A stretch of DNA of 10,257 bases, from the IMG/VR virus record IMGVR_UViG_2547132272_000016, positions 1-10,257 of that record. One strand, 5' to 3'. Below the pieces are notes generated by a model, which saw nothing but the letters and a program-made list of their open reading frames with translations, did no database searches and was not told where the DNA came from. Every line of letters begins with the position of its first letter. Position 1 is the stretch's first letter. Made by a program: the position numbers and the translations under genes. Positions 7,183 through 10,257 of the stretch are shown in pieces. The stretch is from a virus (Duplodnaviria; Heunggongvirae; Uroviricota; Caudoviricetes).

Positions 7183-7650
7183 ATGGAATTAGATGCTTTT
7201 GTGTGTCTGCGAATTTTTGAAAAACACTGCGAGCGAGTTGCTGAATCCTATCGTGATGTGCTGGATAAAGAAACAGCCAACTCAGCATTTGTTGCTACTC
7301 GAGCATTAATTCTCCTTAAATTGGATTTGCTACTTGTCGAGTATCGAAGAAATATTGATTCCAAGTGTGTAGTCCTCTTCGGAAAAAATGTGCTTTATCA
7401 TTATCTTTTCACCCAAAAGGGTGTTTCATTGTCTGATGCCAAAAATATGTGTCTCCATGACATACTTATTGTTCTCTGGAATGATATTAATGCATATGTA
7501 ATACCAGAGCATGTATCCGAGCGTATCCAGATTCTTTATAAGCACGAGCTCTCATCTCCAATGCCTGATTTAAGTTATGAAGATGAAAGTCTGTTGCACT
7601 TTAAGGATTCTGCTTGGGATTTTTATCCTGCCGATACACGACTGAATTAA
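7183..7650 (+). CDS. Accessory protein of unknown function (155 aa), opposite strand to the early operon, low GC
   Basis: ATG at 7183 with AAGGAG Shine-Dalgarno 6 nt upstream (the track ORF extends upstream only via a TTG). AT-rich codon usage unlike the flanking phage genes. Its 3' end overlaps the convergent 202-aa gene by about 47 nt. Confidence 0.6.
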   Translation: MELDAFVCLRIFEKHCERVAESYRDVLDKETANSAFVATRALILLKLDLLLVEYRRNIDSKCVVLFGKNVLYHYLFTQKGVSLSDAKNMCLHDILIVLWNDINAYVIPEHVSERIQILYKHELSSPMPDLSYEDESLLHFKDSAWDFYPADTRLN

Positions 7651-8209
7651 GAAACTCATTGTTTCTATCTATTTCAGCCTGGTAGGCCTCTAACTCATGC
7701 CGTAATTGTTGTTGTCTTAGTGGTAACCTGTTGCGGCATTTCAATTCTGCTACAACGGTTTCCAAAAAATTTATCAGTTCTTCATCAGTGTATGAGCCAG
7801 CATAAATGTACGGTTTAGTGTTAGCGCATGTACAGTCTGCTGTTTCTTTAATGAGCATTGATTCGTCATCCATAATCTGTCGATAAAGTTCAAATGCTTC
7901 TTCGGCAGGAAACCTGAGCATGACGCCGCATACTGGTTCTAAAACCAATCCGAACGTTCCCTTTGCGTTATCCCGACAAAAATGGCCGTATTCATCGTCG
8001 GGATGCAGGGTGGCATCTTTCAAATCTTCGCCATTCTGAAGCTTTGATTTAAATGCCATCAGGTCAGCGAACGTTCTGTGTAATTCGTGGTAGTCAATGC
8101 TGATTTCAACCTGTGGTTTGCCCGGAAAAACCAGCAAAAGCTTCTGGTGTGGTTTTTCGTTTTTCAGGGTTTCCAGTCGTTCCAGTAGCGCTTTATTTTT
8201 GTGATTCAT
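7601..8209 (-). CDS. Hypothetical protein (202 aa), second gene of the leftward early transcript, low GC
   Basis: ATG with AAGAGG Shine-Dalgarno about 10 nt upstream. No family recognised. Its 3' end overlaps the + strand 155-aa gene. Confidence 0.6.
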   Translation of the reverse strand: MNHKNKALLERLETLKNEKPHQKLLLVFPGKPQVEISIDYHELHRTFADLMAFKSKLQNGEDLKDATLHPDDEYGHFCRDNAKGTFGLVLEPVCGVMLRFPAEEAFELYRQIMDDESMLIKETADCTCANTKPYIYAGSYTDEELINFLETVVAELKCRNRLPLRQQQLRHELEAYQAEIDRNNEFLNSVVYRQDKNPKQNP

Positions 8210-8313
8210 TCTACTGTTACCTCTTTTAACTCATTCAGGCAGTGTGATATAGCCCACTAACTGCCCGTGTTTGAAATAACGGCGACGAAAATAATGTGTT
8301 AACAATAAAGCAA

Positions 8314-8739
8314 TCATGCGGCCCTCGCTTTTTTAGTTCTGCTTCGTTTGCTATGTGTCGGCTTAAATAAAAACAGGCGGTTTTCCCAGTCATGCCATTC
8401 CTGCGGAGCGTTTTCGATCAAGCGATCACATGCTTCATCCCACGCTTTTCTGTTGATGTAGAGTTCAGCGTTTCCTCCTGGCCTAAGAGGGTCTGTCATA
8501 TACACGGCTGGCAATTTCCCTGCTTTAGCCATGCTCACAATGGCGCTAACTGTTTTGCCGATATACAGCGCAAATCCTTCTTTTGACAGGAGATGCGAGG
8601 GATTTTCTGAAAGTCGAATTTCTTCACGTTCACGTGCTTTGCGTTCTGTTTTTTGATGCTCCCCTTCTGGCATTTCTGACAGGCGATCGCATCGTGTTCC
8701 GCAAAGTGACTCAGGCGCGTTTTGAGTGCTTTCTTGCAT
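8314..8739 (-). CDS. cox: Cox/Apl-like HTH regulator (excisionase/early-operon repressor type), unusually long
   Basis: First gene leftward of the switch region, the position of P2 cox and 186 apl. Central HTH-like segment GFALYIGKTVSAIVSMAKAGKLPAVYMTDP resembles what I recall of P2 Cox. Start placed at ATG 8739 (GGAGG Shine-Dalgarno 7 nt upstream) rather than the track's GTG at 8778. At 141 aa versus ~90 for P2 Cox it has a charged N-terminal extension; it could alternatively be a CII-type regulator. Confidence 0.55.
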   Translation of the reverse strand: MQESTQNAPESLCGTRCDRLSEMPEGEHQKTERKAREREEIRLSENPSHLLSKEGFALYIGKTVSAIVSMAKAGKLPAVYMTDPLRPGGNAELYINRKAWDEACDRLIENAPQEWHDWENRLFLFKPTHSKRSRTKKARAA

Positions 8740-8812
8740 CTGATATCCTCCGCCATTGGTGCTCTTTCTAATTGGCACTAGTTGGAACCACTTAGAACAT
8801 TTGTTTGCTGTT

Positions 8813-8840
8813 CATATGTGGTGTTAATCTACACATATGT
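8813..8840. promoter_or_regulatory. Candidate repressor operator: CATATGTG-N11-CACATATG (also two direct CATATGT copies 20 bp apart)
   Basis: The two half-sites flank the proposed -10 of the leftward early promoter, analogous to P2 C operators flanking the Pe -10 and 186 CI operators at pR. Confidence 0.4.
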
Positions 8841-8853
8841 AGGAGTTTGTCAA
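8826..8853 (-). promoter_or_regulatory. Candidate early lytic promoter (Pe-like), transcribing leftward toward cox
   Basis: Perfect -35 TTGACA on the - strand (8853-8848), 16-nt spacer, -10 TAGATT (8831-8826). The -35 abuts the C start codon, so the early transcript would be antisense to the C 5' end. Confidence 0.4.
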
Positions 8854-9147
8854 ATGGACATTCCTCAAAAAATTCGCGTCATGCGCAAATCTGAAGATCT
8901 CACTCAGCGGGAATTCGCTGATATGATTGGAATTTCTTATTCTGCTCTGACCAGTTATGAGTATGGTCGTAACCTTCCTGGCCTCGAGATCACTATCAAG
9001 CTTTTCAAGCACCCGAGATTTTCTAAATACCGCGACTGGTTTCTGTTTGATGAAGTTGAACCCAAGGCCGGGCAGGTTGTACCGGCTCTCGCACACATTG
9101 GGCAAGGCGAAGCGGAATCATCCCGCTCCGGCAAGAAAACTGGTTAA
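8854..9147 (+). CDS. C: P2 C-type immunity repressor
   Basis: Start at internal ATG 8854 with AGGAG Shine-Dalgarno 8 nt upstream. The 97-aa product matches recalled P2 C features: KIRVMRKSEDLTQREFADMIGISYSALTSYEYGR and the C-terminal PALAHIGQ...SGKKTG. Lies immediately upstream of int on the same strand, as in P2. Confidence 0.85.
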   Translation: MDIPQKIRVMRKSEDLTQREFADMIGISYSALTSYEYGRNLPGLEITIKLFKHPRFSKYRDWFLFDEVEPKAGQVVPALAHIGQGEAESSRSGKKTG

Positions 9148-9213
9148 CGGTTCACCAGGCATTTATTTCCCAGAGCTGTGATCAAGATGATGTTTTCATT
9201 GGAGGGCTTCCTT

Positions 9214-10209
9214 ATGTCGATTAAGAAGCTCGCTAATGGCAAATTTTGTGTGGACGTGCGGCCTGCTGGATCAGAAGGAAAGAGATTCAGGCGGCGATTT
9301 GATACTCGTGGTGAGGCTGTTTTGTATGAGCGTCATGTATTGCAGCATTACCACGACAAAGACTGGGTTGATAAGCCAACAGAACGGCGCTCGCTGAGGG
9401 AGTTGCTGGATTGTTGGTGGCTATACCATGGGAAAAACCATCCTTACGGTGCGATGGAGCGAGTGCGTATTTCTGCGGTCATTAGTGATCTTGAAAGTAT
9501 TAATGTTACACGCAGTGACCAACTTACTCGTAAGAACATAATTAATTATCGGTTATTGTTGCTTAACCGCGGAATAAAACAATCCACGGTTAATCGTTAT
9601 TGCGCAATGATGAGTGGTTTCTTCACAAAACTAATTGACGCAGAGGAATATTCTGGGGTTAATCCGTTTCATGATGTGAAAAAACTTAATATCAAACAGC
9701 CTGAAATGGCTTATTTGTATCATGAAGATATTCCACGATTACTGGAGTTGTTATCTGGTGATGAATTAAAAGCCGTCTTGTTGTGTCTGGCAACAGGTGG
9801 AAGATGGAGTGAAGTTGCAAATATCAAGGGGGAGCATGTTATTAGCGGCAAAGTCATTTTTATGGAAACAAAAAATGGGAAGCGTCGCGTTATACCTATA
9901 TCGTCAGAACTGGAGTGCATGATTAAGACTAAGGCTACTGGTCGTTTAATTTATCCGAGTTATGCCGCTGTCAGAACGGCTATCAGAAAAGTGAGGCCCG
10001 ATCTTCCTGAAGGGCAGTCGATACATGTTTTACGGCATACCTTTGCCACTCACTTCATGATTAATGGCGGGAATATCATCACTTTGCAGAGAATACTTGG
10101 GCATAGCACTATTCAGCAGACGATGACTTATGCCCATTTTGCACCGGATTATCTGCAGGATGCTGTGCGCTTTAATCCTGTGGCTGAGTTGTCCAGATAT
10201 TGCCCATAA
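9214..10209 (+). CDS. int: P2-type tyrosine integrase
   Basis: Start at ATG 9214 (MSIKKLANGKF..., compare P2 Int MAIKKL...) with GGAGGG Shine-Dalgarno 7 nt upstream; the track's GTG at 9178 is probably an over-extension. C-terminal catalytic region HVLRHTFATHFMINGGNIITLQRILGHSTIQQTMTYAHFAP carries the conserved R, H-x-x-R and catalytic Y of tyrosine recombinases. Confidence 0.92.
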   Translation: MSIKKLANGKFCVDVRPAGSEGKRFRRRFDTRGEAVLYERHVLQHYHDKDWVDKPTERRSLRELLDCWWLYHGKNHPYGAMERVRISAVISDLESINVTRSDQLTRKNIINYRLLLLNRGIKQSTVNRYCAMMSGFFTKLIDAEEYSGVNPFHDVKKLNIKQPEMAYLYHEDIPRLLELLSGDELKAVLLCLATGGRWSEVANIKGEHVISGKVIFMETKNGKRRVIPISSELECMIKTKATGRLIYPSYAAVRTAIRKVRPDLPEGQSIHVLRHTFATHFMINGGNIITLQRILGHSTIQQTMTYAHFAPDYLQDAVRFNPVAELSRYCP

Positions 10210-10257
10210 AATAGGACTAAATAAGCCTTGAACCGCCCCGGGAATCCTGGAGACTAA

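Noticed and set aside
9178-9213. Integrase start at GTG 9178 as given in the track
   Set aside because: ATG 9214 has a GGAGGG Shine-Dalgarno and gives an N-terminus (MSIKKL...) matching P2 Int; the extension is probably a track artefact.
10210-10257. Possible tRNA 3' end or att core after int
   Set aside because: No recognisable T-arm (GGTTCGANTCC-like) or CCA end on either strand in the 48 nt available.
1-10257. CRISPR arrays, IS elements or transposases, rRNA/tRNA genes
   Set aside because: No regularly spaced short repeats, no transposase-like ORFs or terminal inverted repeats, and no tRNA-like structures were seen. The only structured repeats are the two palindromic repeats at 1073-1184.

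Overview
This window reads as the early/lysogeny arm of a P2-like (Peduovirus-type) temperate prophage, with the integrase at the right edge and the attachment site probably just beyond it. From right to left: a P2-type tyrosine integrase and a P2 C-type immunity repressor on the + strand; a divergent switch region with a candidate early promoter and operator; then a long leftward early operon on the - strand. That operon holds a Cox/Apl-like regulator, about a dozen small mostly uncharacterisable ORFs (several coupled by ATGA overlaps), a 935-aa gpA-family HUH rolling-circle replication initiator, and an actin-like ParM gene followed by the start of a ParR-like gene. The most unusual features are the ParMR-type partition module with parC-like palindromic repeats inside an integrase-bearing phage, a low-GC convergent overlapping gene pair of unknown function (7183-8209), and an untracked 37-aa membrane peptide. 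All calls come from reading the sequence and recalled family features; no database search was run. No rRNA, tRNA, CRISPR array or transposase was seen.
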